Assembly: GCA_001824215.1 (NCBI GenBank) | Contig: MHWS01000003.1 | Location: forward strand, 1 to 41,561 | Source: Candidatus Zambryskibacteria bacterium RIFCSPLOWO2_12_FULL_39_16 | Lineage (GTDB): Bacteria > Patescibacteriota > Minisyncoccia > Phycocordibacterales > WO2-35-19 | Reading direction: 5' to 3' | DNA length: 41,561 bases | In this document: positions 8,235 through 19,771 of the stretch, piece by piece | Layout: every line of letters starts with the position of its first letter | Numbering within the stretch: the stretch's first letter is position 1 | Notes under the pieces: generated by a model | Told to the model about the DNA's origin: nothing | The model's database searches: none | What the model saw: only the letters and a program-made list of their open reading frames with translations | Made by a program: the position numbers and the translations under genes

Positions 8235-9998
8235 ATGAGTATTTTAGATATTCTTGTAAAACAAGGCCTAATTGAGACTAAAGACCTTTCTTCTATAAAA
8301 GAAAAGACTCAATCTTCCGTACAAGAACTTGAGGACACTCTTTTGTCTTTAGGAATCAGTGAAGAAGATATTCTGAGAGCCAAATCTGAATATTACGCTG
8401 TACCTGTTAAAAAAATTGATGCCTCGTTGATAACAAGCAAAGTTCTTGATTATATTCCAGAAGAAGCTGCTGTTTATTACCAGTTTGTGCCAATAGGAGT
8501 AAACAACGGTGTTTTGGAAGTTGGAATAATTGACCCCGATAATATATCTGGTCGTGACGCTTTAAATTTCATATCATCAAAAATAAACTTGCCATTCAAA
8601 ACCTTTATCATCTCTAGAGGTGATTTTGATAAAATTATAAACTTGTACAAAGGCCTATCTGGTGAAGTGACCAAAGCGTTATCAGAACTTGAAACTGAAT
8701 TATTAACGGAATCTGAGGAAAAGGCCGGTAAAAACCAAAGTGGAGATAAGAAAGAGAAACTAACAGAAATTGAAGAAAATGATTTAGGTACATCCGAAAG
8801 CAAAAACACTAAGGTGATAGAGAATGCTCCTGTTACCAAAATCGTAGCCACCGTTTTAAGATATGCCATTGACGGTAGAGCTTCCGATATTCACATAGAG
8901 CCAACCGGATCAAATGTCAGAGTTAGGTTTCGTGTGGACGGCATCATGAATACAAGCATAGTTTTACCTTCCAGGGTAAGCAGCGCTATTGTGGCTAGGA
9001 TTAAAATTATGTCCAATATAAGGCTTGACGAAAAAAGAAAACCTCAAGATGGAAGATTTTCAGCAAAACTAAATGACAGAAAAATAGATTTCAGAGTATC
9101 TACCTTCCCAACTTTTTTTGGTGAAAAGGTGGTTATACGTATTTTAGATCAGGAAAAGGGGATAAAGCGATTGAGTGAACTTGGTTTGAGTAAACTCAAT
9201 CTGGAACAAATTATGAAAGTTATAGATAGGCCATATGGACTCATTCTCATATCCGGTCCGACCGGATCAGGTAAATCTACTACCTTATACGCAATGATGA
9301 ATGAAGTTGATAAAGACCATAAAAATGTCCTTTCTCTCGAAGACCCGATTGAATACAATATGGAAGGCATGAGTCAATCTCAAGTTGTGCCCGAAATTGG
9401 CTATACTTTTGCTTCCGGTCTTCGTACGACTCTCCGTCAAGACCCGGACATAATAATGGTGGGAGAGATTAGAGATAAAGAGACGGCCCAACTAGCCATT
9501 CAAGCGGCTCTTACCGGGCACTTGGTTTTTTCTACTATTCACACCAATAACGCCATAGGAGTGATCCCTAGGCTCATTGATATGGGTATAGATCCGTATC
9601 TCATAGCACCCACTCTAGTGTTGGCAATTGCTCAAAGACTGGCCAGGGCTCTTGCTCCCGGTGCCGGTAAGGCGGTACCAATAGATGCAAGCACAAAAAT
9701 GGTTATAGACAAGGAATTTGCAGATTTACCGGAAGTTTACAAAAAACAAATTACATTTGGGAAAGAAATTTACAAAATTTCTCCGGCTCCAAACTGTCCC
9801 AGCGGCATTCAGGGTAGAGTAGCTATCATGGAAGTTCTTGAAATGGACAAAGAAATGGAGCAGATTATCCTTAAAAACCCGACTGAACAGGAGATCTGGA
9901 AATATGCCAGATCTAAAGGTATGCTTACAATGAGGGATGACGCTCTTATAAAAGTTTTTAATAAGACTATTCCTTTTGAAGAATATAACACTTTTTGA
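8235..9998 (+). CDS. pilB: Type IV pilus extension ATPase PilB/GspE
   Basis: ASDIHIEP, PQDGRF, GPTGSGKST, LEDPIEY, LRQDPDIIMVGEIRD, TGHLVFSTIH. Confidence 0.95.
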   Translation: MSILDILVKQGLIETKDLSSIKEKTQSSVQELEDTLLSLGISEEDILRAKSEYYAVPVKKIDASLITSKVLDYIPEEAAVYYQFVPIGVNNGVLEVGIIDPDNISGRDALNFISSKINLPFKTFIISRGDFDKIINLYKGLSGEVTKALSELETELLTESEEKAGKNQSGDKKEKLTEIEENDLGTSESKNTKVIENAPVTKIVATVLRYAIDGRASDIHIEPTGSNVRVRFRVDGIMNTSIVLPSRVSSAIVARIKIMSNIRLDEKRKPQDGRFSAKLNDRKIDFRVSTFPTFFGEKVVIRILDQEKGIKRLSELGLSKLNLEQIMKVIDRPYGLILISGPTGSGKSTTLYAMMNEVDKDHKNVLSLEDPIEYNMEGMSQSQVVPEIGYTFASGLRTTLRQDPDIIMVGEIRDKETAQLAIQAALTGHLVFSTIHTNNAIGVIPRLIDMGIDPYLIAPTLVLAIAQRLARALAPGAGKAVPIDASTKMVIDKEFADLPEVYKKQITFGKEIYKISPAPNCPSGIQGRVAIMEVLEMDKEMEQIILKNPTEQEIWKYARSKGMLTMRDDALIKVFNKTIPFEEYNTF

Positions 9999-10045
9999 TA
10001 GCAGTGAGAGCTCTTTAAATGTATAATAGAGATAATAATAATATT

Positions 10046-10447
10046 ATGGCTATAGAAGAAAAAAAAGAATATAAAATAATGATAGTTGATGACGATGATT
10101 TTTTGGTTAATATGTATGCCACCAAATTTGGTCTTAGTGGTGTTTCGGTAGATGCCTGCAATTCTGGTAAAGCTTTATTAGAAAAATTGCATGCCGGGGC
10201 AAAACCAGACATTATACTTTTGGATATTGTAATGTCAGATATGAACGGTATAGAAACTCTAAAAAAGATACGTCAGGAAAAATTGGTAGAGGGAGTTCCG
10301 GTGATAATGCTTACAAACCAGAATGACCAAAAAGAAATAAATGAATCCAAAGAACTCGGAGTCTCCGTCTATATAGTCAAATCAGCGGCTACACCACTTG
10401 AAGTGGTGAACGAAGTTATGAGTATTATAAAAAAGTCGCAACCCTAA
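10046..10447 (+). CDS. Single-domain response regulator within the pilus operon
   Basis: IMIVDDD, PDIILLDIVM, PVIMLT, YIVK. Confidence 0.9.
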   Translation: MAIEEKKEYKIMIVDDDDFLVNMYATKFGLSGVSVDACNSGKALLEKLHAGAKPDIILLDIVMSDMNGIETLKKIRQEKLVEGVPVIMLTNQNDQKEINESKELGVSVYIVKSAATPLEVVNEVMSIIKKSQP

Positions 10448-10458
10448 TATTATTTCTT

Positions 10459-11508
10459 ATGGAGGATTTGAATAAACTTACAGAACTTGTGATCAAAGAG
10501 GGGGCTTCAGATTTGCATATTTCTGAAAATAGAAACCCATATATCAGAGTTGCTGGTCAGCTGGTACCTCTCTTAAAGTATCCAAAATTCACCAAGGCTT
10601 TAATGGAAGATATTGTAAAAGAAGTCCTTTCTGATTCGAAAAAGACTATATTTAAATCCACCCACAGCGCCGACTTCTCTTATACTCATGACGGAGAAAG
10701 ATTCAGGGCCCATGTTTATCTGGAGCAGCAGAAAATTTGTATGACGTTTCGTCATGTGCCCAAAAAGATACAGTCATTCCCCGAATTAAATCTCCCAAGT
10801 AGTCTGGAATATTTTGCAAAATTAAAGTCGGGGTTTTTCTTGGTAACCGGTCCAACCGGACATGGTAAATCGACTACTTTGGCCTCTATGATAGAAACTA
10901 TAAATAATGAGAGATTGGAAAATATAATTACTATAGAAGATCCGATAGAATATTTATTTACTGCCAATAAATCCGTTATTCACCAAAGAGAAATTGGCAT
11001 GGACACGCCTGATTTTGCGACTGCTTTGCGCAATTGTTTCAGGGCCGATGTAAACGTAATAATGGTTGGCGAGATGAGGGATGCAGATACTATATCTACT
11101 GCAGTTTCCGCAGCAGAAACTGGCCATTTGGTATTTTCTACTCTCCACACTAACAGCGCTGCCCAAACAGTTGATCGCATCATAGACTCATTTACGGCCA
11201 ATCAACAAATTCAAATTCGTATTCAGTTGGCCTCTTCTTTGTCTGGCATATTTTCTCAGCGGCTTATTCCTAGAATATCAGGTGGTCTTATCCCAGCCTA
11301 CGAACTTTTAATAAATAATACGGCCGTCTCTAATCTTATTCGTGACAAAAGAACTCATGAATTGGATATGGTGATTGAAACAAGTTCTCAAGAAGGCATG
11401 ATTGATTTCAACAAGTGTTTAGTAGAAAGAGTAAATAAGGGTGAAATCAGCATTGAAAACGCTTATCTCTACTCGAACAATCCGCGGTCTCTAGAAAAAA
11501 TGTTATAA
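10459..11508 (+). CDS. pilT: Type IV pilus retraction ATPase PilT
   Basis: ASDLH, GPTGHGKST, IEDPIE, HQREIG, AAETGHLVFSTLH, SNLIRD. Confidence 0.95.
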   Translation: MEDLNKLTELVIKEGASDLHISENRNPYIRVAGQLVPLLKYPKFTKALMEDIVKEVLSDSKKTIFKSTHSADFSYTHDGERFRAHVYLEQQKICMTFRHVPKKIQSFPELNLPSSLEYFAKLKSGFFLVTGPTGHGKSTTLASMIETINNERLENIITIEDPIEYLFTANKSVIHQREIGMDTPDFATALRNCFRADVNVIMVGEMRDADTISTAVSAAETGHLVFSTLHTNSAAQTVDRIIDSFTANQQIQIRIQLASSLSGIFSQRLIPRISGGLIPAYELLINNTAVSNLIRDKRTHELDMVIETSSQEGMIDFNKCLVERVNKGEISIENAYLYSNNPRSLEKML

Positions 11509-11512
11509 AAAT

Positions 11513-12724
11513 ATGCTTTTTTTATACAAAACAATTAATAAAAATGGGGAGAGGGAAGAGGGCAGTATAGAAGCTTTCAATATGGATATAGCCATAACTT
11601 CTCTGCAAGGGAAAGGTTTGGCTGTTTCTTCAATCAAACCAAAAGACGAATATGATGGAGATATATTAAAAAAAATTCCTTTTTTTAACAGAGTTACCAA
11701 CAAAGAAATTGTTGTTCTTTCAAGGCAGATGTCGACTCTTTTCGAGGCGAAAGTCTCTGCTTTGAAAGTTTTTCAACTTGTTGCTTCCGGAAACGATAAT
11801 CCGGCTCTAAGAAAGCATCTTCTTGGGGTAGTCGATGATTTGCAGGGTGGAGCTTCGATATCATCTGCTCTCTCCAAACATCCCGACGTGTTCTCTGATT
11901 TTTACGTTAATATGATAAAGTCCGGAGAAGAATCCGGCCATATAGACCAGACTTTTTTATATCTCGCCGACTACCTTGACCGTACTTATGCAGTTTCCTC
12001 AAAAGCAAAAAATGCCCTTATTTATCCGGCTTTTGTTATATTTACTTTTATATCCGTTATGATTTTGATGTTTACGGTCATTGTGCCAAAAATCGGCGCT
12101 ATTATAAAAGAGTCTGCTCAAGAAATACCTTTTTATACAAAAATCGTTTTTTGGGTGAGTGATTTATTTGTAAATAATTGGGCATTAATGCTTTTGGTGC
12201 TCGTAAGCTGCGTAACGTGTTTTGTTTGGTATGCAAGAACTAATGAGGGCAGAAGATGGATTTCAAATACAAGACTCTATATTCCTTATGTAGGCGACCT
12301 CTATCGTAAATTGTATCTCTCTCGTTTTTCCGACAATATGAGCACTATGATTCTCTCTGGTATTCCCATGCTCAAAGCGATTGAAGTGACTTCTTTTGTT
12401 ATAGATAATGAGATATATAAGGAAATTTTAAATGAGGCGGTAGCTAAAGTTAAAGCTGGTCAGCCGCTTTCGATGGCTCTTGCTGACAGAGAGGAAATAC
12501 CAAATATTTTAACTCAAATGGTAAAAGTGGGAGAAGAAAGCGGGGAACTCGGAAATATACTGAAAACCATGTCGAAATTTTATCAAAGAGAGGTTATAAA
12601 TGCGGTAGATACTTTAGTGGGTATGATTGAACCTATTATGATTGTGACCCTTGGCGTCGGTGTAGGTATCCTTCTAGCGTCAGTCCTTATGCCTATATAT
12701 AATATTGCAGGGTCTATATCATAA
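11513..12724 (+). CDS. pilC: Type IV pilus platform protein PilC/GspF
   Basis: Two GspF repeats: GEESG, ALIYP, EPIMIV, MPIY. Confidence 0.95.
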   Translation: MLFLYKTINKNGEREEGSIEAFNMDIAITSLQGKGLAVSSIKPKDEYDGDILKKIPFFNRVTNKEIVVLSRQMSTLFEAKVSALKVFQLVASGNDNPALRKHLLGVVDDLQGGASISSALSKHPDVFSDFYVNMIKSGEESGHIDQTFLYLADYLDRTYAVSSKAKNALIYPAFVIFTFISVMILMFTVIVPKIGAIIKESAQEIPFYTKIVFWVSDLFVNNWALMLLVLVSCVTCFVWYARTNEGRRWISNTRLYIPYVGDLYRKLYLSRFSDNMSTMILSGIPMLKAIEVTSFVIDNEIYKEILNEAVAKVKAGQPLSMALADREEIPNILTQMVKVGEESGELGNILKTMSKFYQREVINAVDTLVGMIEPIMIVTLGVGVGILLASVLMPIYNIAGSIS

Positions 12725-12764
12725 AATAATAATACTAATACCCAGCATGATTTTGCTAAATCAT

Positions 12765-13235
12765 ATGAAAAAATTTAAAAAATTAAAAAGGCGTGGGTTT
12801 ACACTCATTGAATTGCTCGTAGTTATTGCGATTATAGGGATTTTGTCCACTATAATTTTGAGTGCTCTATCAAATTCAAGGTCCAAAGCTTATGATGCAA
12901 AAGTAAAACAGCAGCTTAGCGGTTTTCGTACCGCGGCAGAAATATATTTTACTAATCAACTTCCAACTCGTTATACCGCTGTTCTGGGTACGCCTATTGC
13001 CAATTGTGTTAGTGGCCTGTTTGTTGATTTTAATACGGTCAACGGTTCTCCGGGGTCTTATATCCTTTCGGCCAATCTTCCGACCGGTACTACCGTAGAT
13101 TGTCGCGCCAATGATTCGGCTTATGCTGTCGAAGCTTCACTTTATACCTCTGGCAGTTATTGGTGTGTTGATTCAAAAGGAGCCTCAAGAGCTGAGGTTT
13201 CAGCTCTACCTGCTAACCAAACTTTTTGTAATTAA
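12765..13235 (+). CDS. Type IV pilin
   Basis: RG/FTLIELLVVIAIIGIL class III signal and C-terminal Cys pairs (WCVDS). Paralog of 13405..13815. ATG at 12765 preferred. Confidence 0.92.
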   Translation: MKKFKKLKRRGFTLIELLVVIAIIGILSTIILSALSNSRSKAYDAKVKQQLSGFRTAAEIYFTNQLPTRYTAVLGTPIANCVSGLFVDFNTVNGSPGSYILSANLPTGTTVDCRANDSAYAVEASLYTSGSYWCVDSKGASRAEVSALPANQTFCN

Positions 13236-13313
13236 AGTGGGCTTGTTCTGTAGTGAATTTTGTTCTGGTACAGGGTTATCCCCATATTTTTTACCAAAAA
13301 ATACAGCTTTGCT

Positions 13314-13382
13314 TATAATATATTAAAGCTTGAGGGACTTAAAATAAGGTCGATTACAATCAAGCTTCTCTCTCGAGAGAGA
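13314..13382 (+). promoter_or_regulatory. -10 box and structured 5' leader of the probable major pilin
   Basis: TATAAT at 13314-13319, then an AAGCTTGA/TCAAGCTT stem enclosing GACTT/AGGTC, then palindrome TCTCTCTCGAGAGAGA. Confidence 0.55.
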
Positions 13383-13404
13383 TTAGTTAATTTCATTTAA
13401 AAAT

Positions 13405-13815
13405 ATGTTTAAATCTAAAAAAGGTTTTACACTTATAGAACTTCTGGTCGTTATTGCTATTATTGGTATATTGTCTTCTGTAGTCTTAGCTTCCTTAAAC
13501 TCTGCCCGAGGCAAAGGCAATGATTCTAAGGTAAAAGCTCAATTAGCTGGTGCTCGGGCTGCGGCGGAAATATTCTATGATAATCAGTCGCCAAATAGCT
13601 ATACGGGCTTATGTTCCGGTCCTGAACCCATGGCTTCGTATGTGTTACAAACCAATTATCCTACTGGTGCTACCGTAGCATGTCTTTCTGATGCCGATAG
13701 TTATTCAATCACGGCTTTACTTCCTGGTGTTGGAGGCACTGCTAGATGGTGCGTTGACTCACTTGGAGTTTCTAAACAAGTTGCTGGCGCTGGGACCGCC
13801 AATGGTTGTCCGTAA
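13405..13815 (+). CDS. Type IV pilin, probable major pilin
   Basis: KG/FTLIELLVVIAIIGILSSVVLASL. Has its own promoter and terminator. Confidence 0.93.
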   Translation: MFKSKKGFTLIELLVVIAIIGILSSVVLASLNSARGKGNDSKVKAQLAGARAAAEIFYDNQSPNSYTGLCSGPEPMASYVLQTNYPTGATVACLSDADSYSITALLPGVGGTARWCVDSLGVSKQVAGAGTANGCP

Positions 13816-13839
13816 TTTTTCTGTAAGTTTTTCTTAGCA

Positions 13840-13871
13840 AAAAGTGTCCCGATGAATATCGAGACACTTTT
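13840..13871 (+). terminator. Terminator-like hairpin after the major pilin
   Basis: AAAAGTGTCCCGAT-GAAT-ATCGAGACACTTTT. Confidence 0.65.
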
Positions 13872-13889
13872 GTGTTATTATTTAAGTAA

Positions 13890-14726
13890 ATGGAATATAT
13901 TTTTGGAGCAATAATATTTTTATTTGGCGCGGCTCTGGGTAGTTTTGTTGCGGTGATAGCAAATAGGTTCAATACGGGGATGTCTTTTTTAAAAGGTCAC
14001 TCAATCTGTTTTTCTTGCAATACCGAACTTTCCAACAAAGATTTAATACCAATATTTTCCTTTCTTTTCCTCCGGGGCAAATGCCGTTATTGCCAATCAA
14101 AAATTCCAGTGGATACGCTTATTGTGGAAATCGCTATGGGGATATTATTGGTGATAGCTGCTCTAAAAACCGGAATTTTTGATAATTTTCAATTTCTAAT
14201 TTTCAATTTTCAATTAATTTCTAATTTTTTAATTTTAACTGCCATTTTCGCTGTTATCCTTCTGATTTCTACATATGATTTGAAACATTTCATCATACCT
14301 GACTCTTTTCTCTTTTCTTTTTTCATCTTGTCTTTTTTATATCTTTTGATGTTTGGTTCTCTCGGTTTTCAAACCCTAATCAGTCCAATTATTTTAACTT
14401 TGCCTTTTTTTCTAATTTTCCTGATTTCAAAAGGCACCTGGTTTGGGTTTGGTGATGTCAAATATATATTAGTTTTGGGGTTTTTCTTGGGGCTTAGCCA
14501 AGGTTTGTCAGCTGTAATTTTAGCTTTCTGGATAGGGGCGGTTTTTTCTATTATTGCTCTTTCCTTAAAAAGACTTACACCCCATATAAATTTGCCTCTA
14601 TTTAAAAATAATCTTACAATTAAGTCTGAAATTCCTTTTGGACCATTTCTTTCTCTTGGAATTATAATAAGTTTTTGCTTAAGTTTGGATCTGTTTCAAA
14701 TTCATGAAATTTTCAACACATTCTAA
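13890..14726 (+). CDS. pilD: Prepilin peptidase
   Basis: GSF, CFSC..DLIPIFSFLFLRGKCRYC, YD, GFGDVK, IPFGPFL. Confidence 0.95.
   Translation: MEYIFGAIIFLFGAALGSFVAVIANRFNTGMSFLKGHSICFSCNTELSNKDLIPIFSFLFLRGKCRYCQSKIPVDTLIVEIAMGILLVIAALKTGIFDNFQFLIFNFQLISNFLILTAIFAVILLISTYDLKHFIIPDSFLFSFFILSFLYLLMFGSLGFQTLISPIILTLPFFLIFLISKGTWFGFGDVKYILVLGFFLGLSQGLSAVILAFWIGAVFSIIALSLKRLTPHINLPLFKNNLTIKSEIPFGPFLSLGIIISFCLSLDLFQIHEIFNTF
14184..14236. repeat. 7-mer tandem repeat (AATTTTC/AATTTCT) in frame in pilD
   Basis: AATTTTC AATTTCT AATTTTC AATTTTC AATT AATTTCT AATTTTT, translated as NFQFLIFNFQLISNFLI. Confidence 0.75.
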
Positions 14727-15339
14727 AAATAAAGGTTTACCCAGCACCACTTTTGGCATTACAAAAAGTGGTGCTGGGTTTACCCTCATTGAGCTTATTG
14801 TTGTTATGGCTGTAGCTACGGCTGTAATGACTTCTGTCGTCATTCAGCAAAATGTATGGAACGACCGTCTAGCTGTAAACACCCAAGCCTATGAATTAGT
14901 TTTAATGATACGCCAAGCCCAGATTTATGCTTTAGGAGTGAGAGAAGATAAAGCTGGTACAGAAACTGATAAATTTAATATTGGTTATGGGGTTTATTTT
15001 GATACAGTCAATACGAGATATATATATTTTGCCGATAGAAACGGAAATCTAAGATATGATTCTGGAGAAGAAATAGGATCTCCCATAATATTTACCAGGG
15101 GTGTGACTATAAAAGACGTTTGTGGAAGTTCCATGTGTATTTACACAGGAGGCGGTTCTTTCCGACAAGCGAATATTTCTTTTTTTAGGCCGAATCCCGG
15201 AGCAATCATAAAACTTTTAAATAATGGAGGAGGAAATGCGACTAACCCGCCGGTTACTATCAGTTTGCAATCTGCTGGAGGCAAAGTTTATTCCGTAACA
15301 GTTCGGACCAACGGCCAGGTTTCTGTCATACAAATTTAA
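14704..15339 (+). CDS. Minor pilin (FimU/GspH-like)
   Basis: G/FTLIELIVVM, IRQAQ, YGVYF, C-terminal NGQV. Confidence 0.85.
   Translation: MKFSTHSKNKGLPSTTFGITKSGAGFTLIELIVVMAVATAVMTSVVIQQNVWNDRLAVNTQAYELVLMIRQAQIYALGVREDKAGTETDKFNIGYGVYFDTVNTRYIYFADRNGNLRYDSGEEIGSPIIFTRGVTIKDVCGSSMCIYTGGGSFRQANISFFRPNPGAIIKLLNNGGGNATNPPVTISLQSAGGKVYSVTVRTNGQVSVIQI
14734..14785. repeat. Palindromic insert in a pilin leader peptide
   Basis: Perfect 16 bp IR ACCCAGCACCACTTTT (14739-14754) / AAAAGTGGTGCTGGGT (14764-14779). GGTTTACCC direct repeat at both ends. Confidence 0.85.
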
Positions 15340-15884
15340 TGAAAAATAAATTTAAAAATCAGTCCGGGTTTACGCTTGTAGAAATGCTCATTGCCATATC
15401 TCTGTTTATTGCGGTGGTTACCATTTCTATTGGGGCGCTACTCAGTATTTTTGATGCCAACAGCAAAGCCCAAGCGACCAAAACCGTGGTTGATAACCTA
15501 AATCTTTCTATTGAAAATATGACTAGAATAGTGAGGTTTGGTAGCAATTATTACTGTGGTATTTCATCCAACGAAAATAGTGTAAGCAATTGTTCTGGTG
15601 GGGGGAATTCTTTCTCTGTTACATTTGATGGTAGTAGAATAATTTATAGATTGAGTGGCACTACAATCCAAAGGTCAGATAACGGTGGGTCTTATACTGA
15701 TATTACTTCACCAGAAACAGTAATTCAGTATTTAAGGTTTTATGTTTTCGGCAGTGATACTTCTGATAGTATTCAACCATACGTTATTGTCGTCATAAAA
15801 GGTTATGTAGGCAATAAACCTACAACCCAATCTATATTTTCCATAGAAACTTTAATGTCCCAAAGGAAGCTTGATTTTAATTAA
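15339..15884 (+). CDS. Minor pilin (PilW/GspJ-like)
   Basis: G/FTLVEMLIAISLF and operon position. Confidence 0.85.
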   Translation: MKNKFKNQSGFTLVEMLIAISLFIAVVTISIGALLSIFDANSKAQATKTVVDNLNLSIENMTRIVRFGSNYYCGISSNENSVSNCSGGGNSFSVTFDGSRIIYRLSGTTIQRSDNGGSYTDITSPETVIQYLRFYVFGSDTSDSIQPYVIVVIKGYVGNKPTTQSIFSIETLMSQRKLDFN

Positions 15885-15887
15885 GAT

Positions 15888-16484
15888 ATGATTAAAAAAT
15901 TGAAAATTGAAAATTGGAAATTAGAAATTCCCACGAAGCGGGCTGGGTTTACAGTACTAGAGTCTATTGTGGCGATTGCCATATTGTCTCTTTCCATATC
16001 CGGAGCTTTTTCTGCGGTCCAGCAAAGCCTTTCTGAATATATAATTACAAGAGATGAAACGAGGGCTTTTTATTTGGCTCAAGAAGCAATCGAAGTGATT
16101 AGGAATAAACGAGATAACAATCAGCTTAACAGGATAGCAAATCCTGCTTCTCCAAATACTTGGCTTTATGGGATAACCCAAAATGCTTCCGATCCTTGTT
16201 ATTTCGGTAGAGTGTGTCGAGTTGATGCAGTCTTTACTCCGCCCTCTTTAACCTACTGCAATTCTTCTTCTTGGGGTAATTGTAGTTACCTAAAGCAAAA
16301 TCAATCAACATTTATGTATGGTTATACCACAGGGAACACAACCACTTTCAAAAGAGAAGTACAGATAGAATCAATAACTGCCGATGAAATAGCTGTTATA
16401 GTGAGAATTTCTTGGAATAAAGGTCCTATTAGTAAAAATTTTATGATCAAAACATTTTTGTTTAACTGGGCAGGTACTTTATAA
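15888..16484 (+). CDS. Minor pilin (PilV/GspI-like)
   Basis: G/FTVLESIVAI, AFYLAQEAIEVIRNKRD. Confidence 0.85.
   Translation: MIKKLKIENWKLEIPTKRAGFTVLESIVAIAILSLSISGAFSAVQQSLSEYIITRDETRAFYLAQEAIEVIRNKRDNNQLNRIANPASPNTWLYGITQNASDPCYFGRVCRVDAVFTPPSLTYCNSSSWGNCSYLKQNQSTFMYGYTTGNTTTFKREVQIESITADEIAVIVRISWNKGPISKNFMIKTFLFNWAGTL
15895..15942. repeat. 7-mer tandem repeat (GAAAATT) plus CCCACGAAGCGGG mini-hairpin in a pilin leader
   Basis: AAAAATT GAAAATT GAAAATT GGAAATT AGAAATT, the reverse complement of the pilD repeat. Confidence 0.75.
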
Positions 16485-16486
16485 AC

Positions 16487-19067
<2,581 letters not shown>

Positions 19068-19101
19068 GTTTTGCTTCTTACTCAGAGATAAATTGGTCGT
19101 T

Positions 19102-19380
19102 TTACCTCTTTCTCATACTCCGTCTGGCTGACTTAATTTTTTCGCGTTCTACCAATATTCCCTGAAGTTTTTGAATAAATTCCTCCTCATTTAATCCACA
19201 GGCTTGAGTAATCTTCTTTGCTCTGGCAAGAGGAGGAAGACTAGTCCCACTTTCCCACCTTCCAACGATTGAAGGATCAACTCCCAAACGTTCAGCCATT
19301 TCTTCCTTACTTTTCTTCATACCCACTCTGGCATTTCTTAGGGAACGGCCGAAATCTTTTTCCATGTTTTCTAGGTTCAT
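19102..19380 (-). CDS. XRE/Cro family helix-turn-helix protein
   Basis: FGRSLRNAR..SKEEMAERLGVDPSIVGRWESGTSLP. AGGAG SD. Confidence 0.88.
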   Translation of the reverse strand: MNLENMEKDFGRSLRNARVGMKKSKEEMAERLGVDPSIVGRWESGTSLPPLARAKKITQACGLNEEEFIQKLQGILVEREKIKSARRSMRKR

Positions 19381-19465
19381 GATCTAATCTCCTTTTATTA
19401 TTAAATCATAAATAGTTGAATGATACAAACTGACGAATTTTAAGAAATGAGGTATTATTTAATAC

Positions 19466-19771
19466 ATGATTTCCAAAGAAGAGATTAAAAAACTGGCTGA
19501 TTTGGCCAGAATAGATATAGGAGAAATGGAACAAGAAAAACTCGCTTCAGAAATAGATGCAATTTTAGGATATGTGAAGTCCATCCAAGGACTTCATCCT
19601 GATAAAACATTTTCTTTAGAAAATGTTGAAGAAGGATTAGAAGTTGGAACTCCCCGAAATATAATGCGAGAAGATATCAATCCGACAGAGCCGGAAACTC
19701 ACAGCAAAGAATTAATCGCCGAATTTCCCAATAGTGAAAATAACTATTTGAAAGTTAAGAAAATTTTGTAA
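19466..19771 (+). CDS. gatC: Asp/Glu-tRNA amidotransferase subunit C
   Basis: ISKEEIKKLADLARI, NIMRED, YLKVKKIL. Directly upstream of gatA. Confidence 0.93.
   Translation: MISKEEIKKLADLARIDIGEMEQEKLASEIDAILGYVKSIQGLHPDKTFSLENVEEGLEVGTPRNIMREDINPTEPETHSKELIAEFPNSENNYLKVKKIL

Noticed and set aside
13276-13284. DnaA-box-like TTATCCCCA
   Set aside because: A single mismatched copy with no cluster or origin context.
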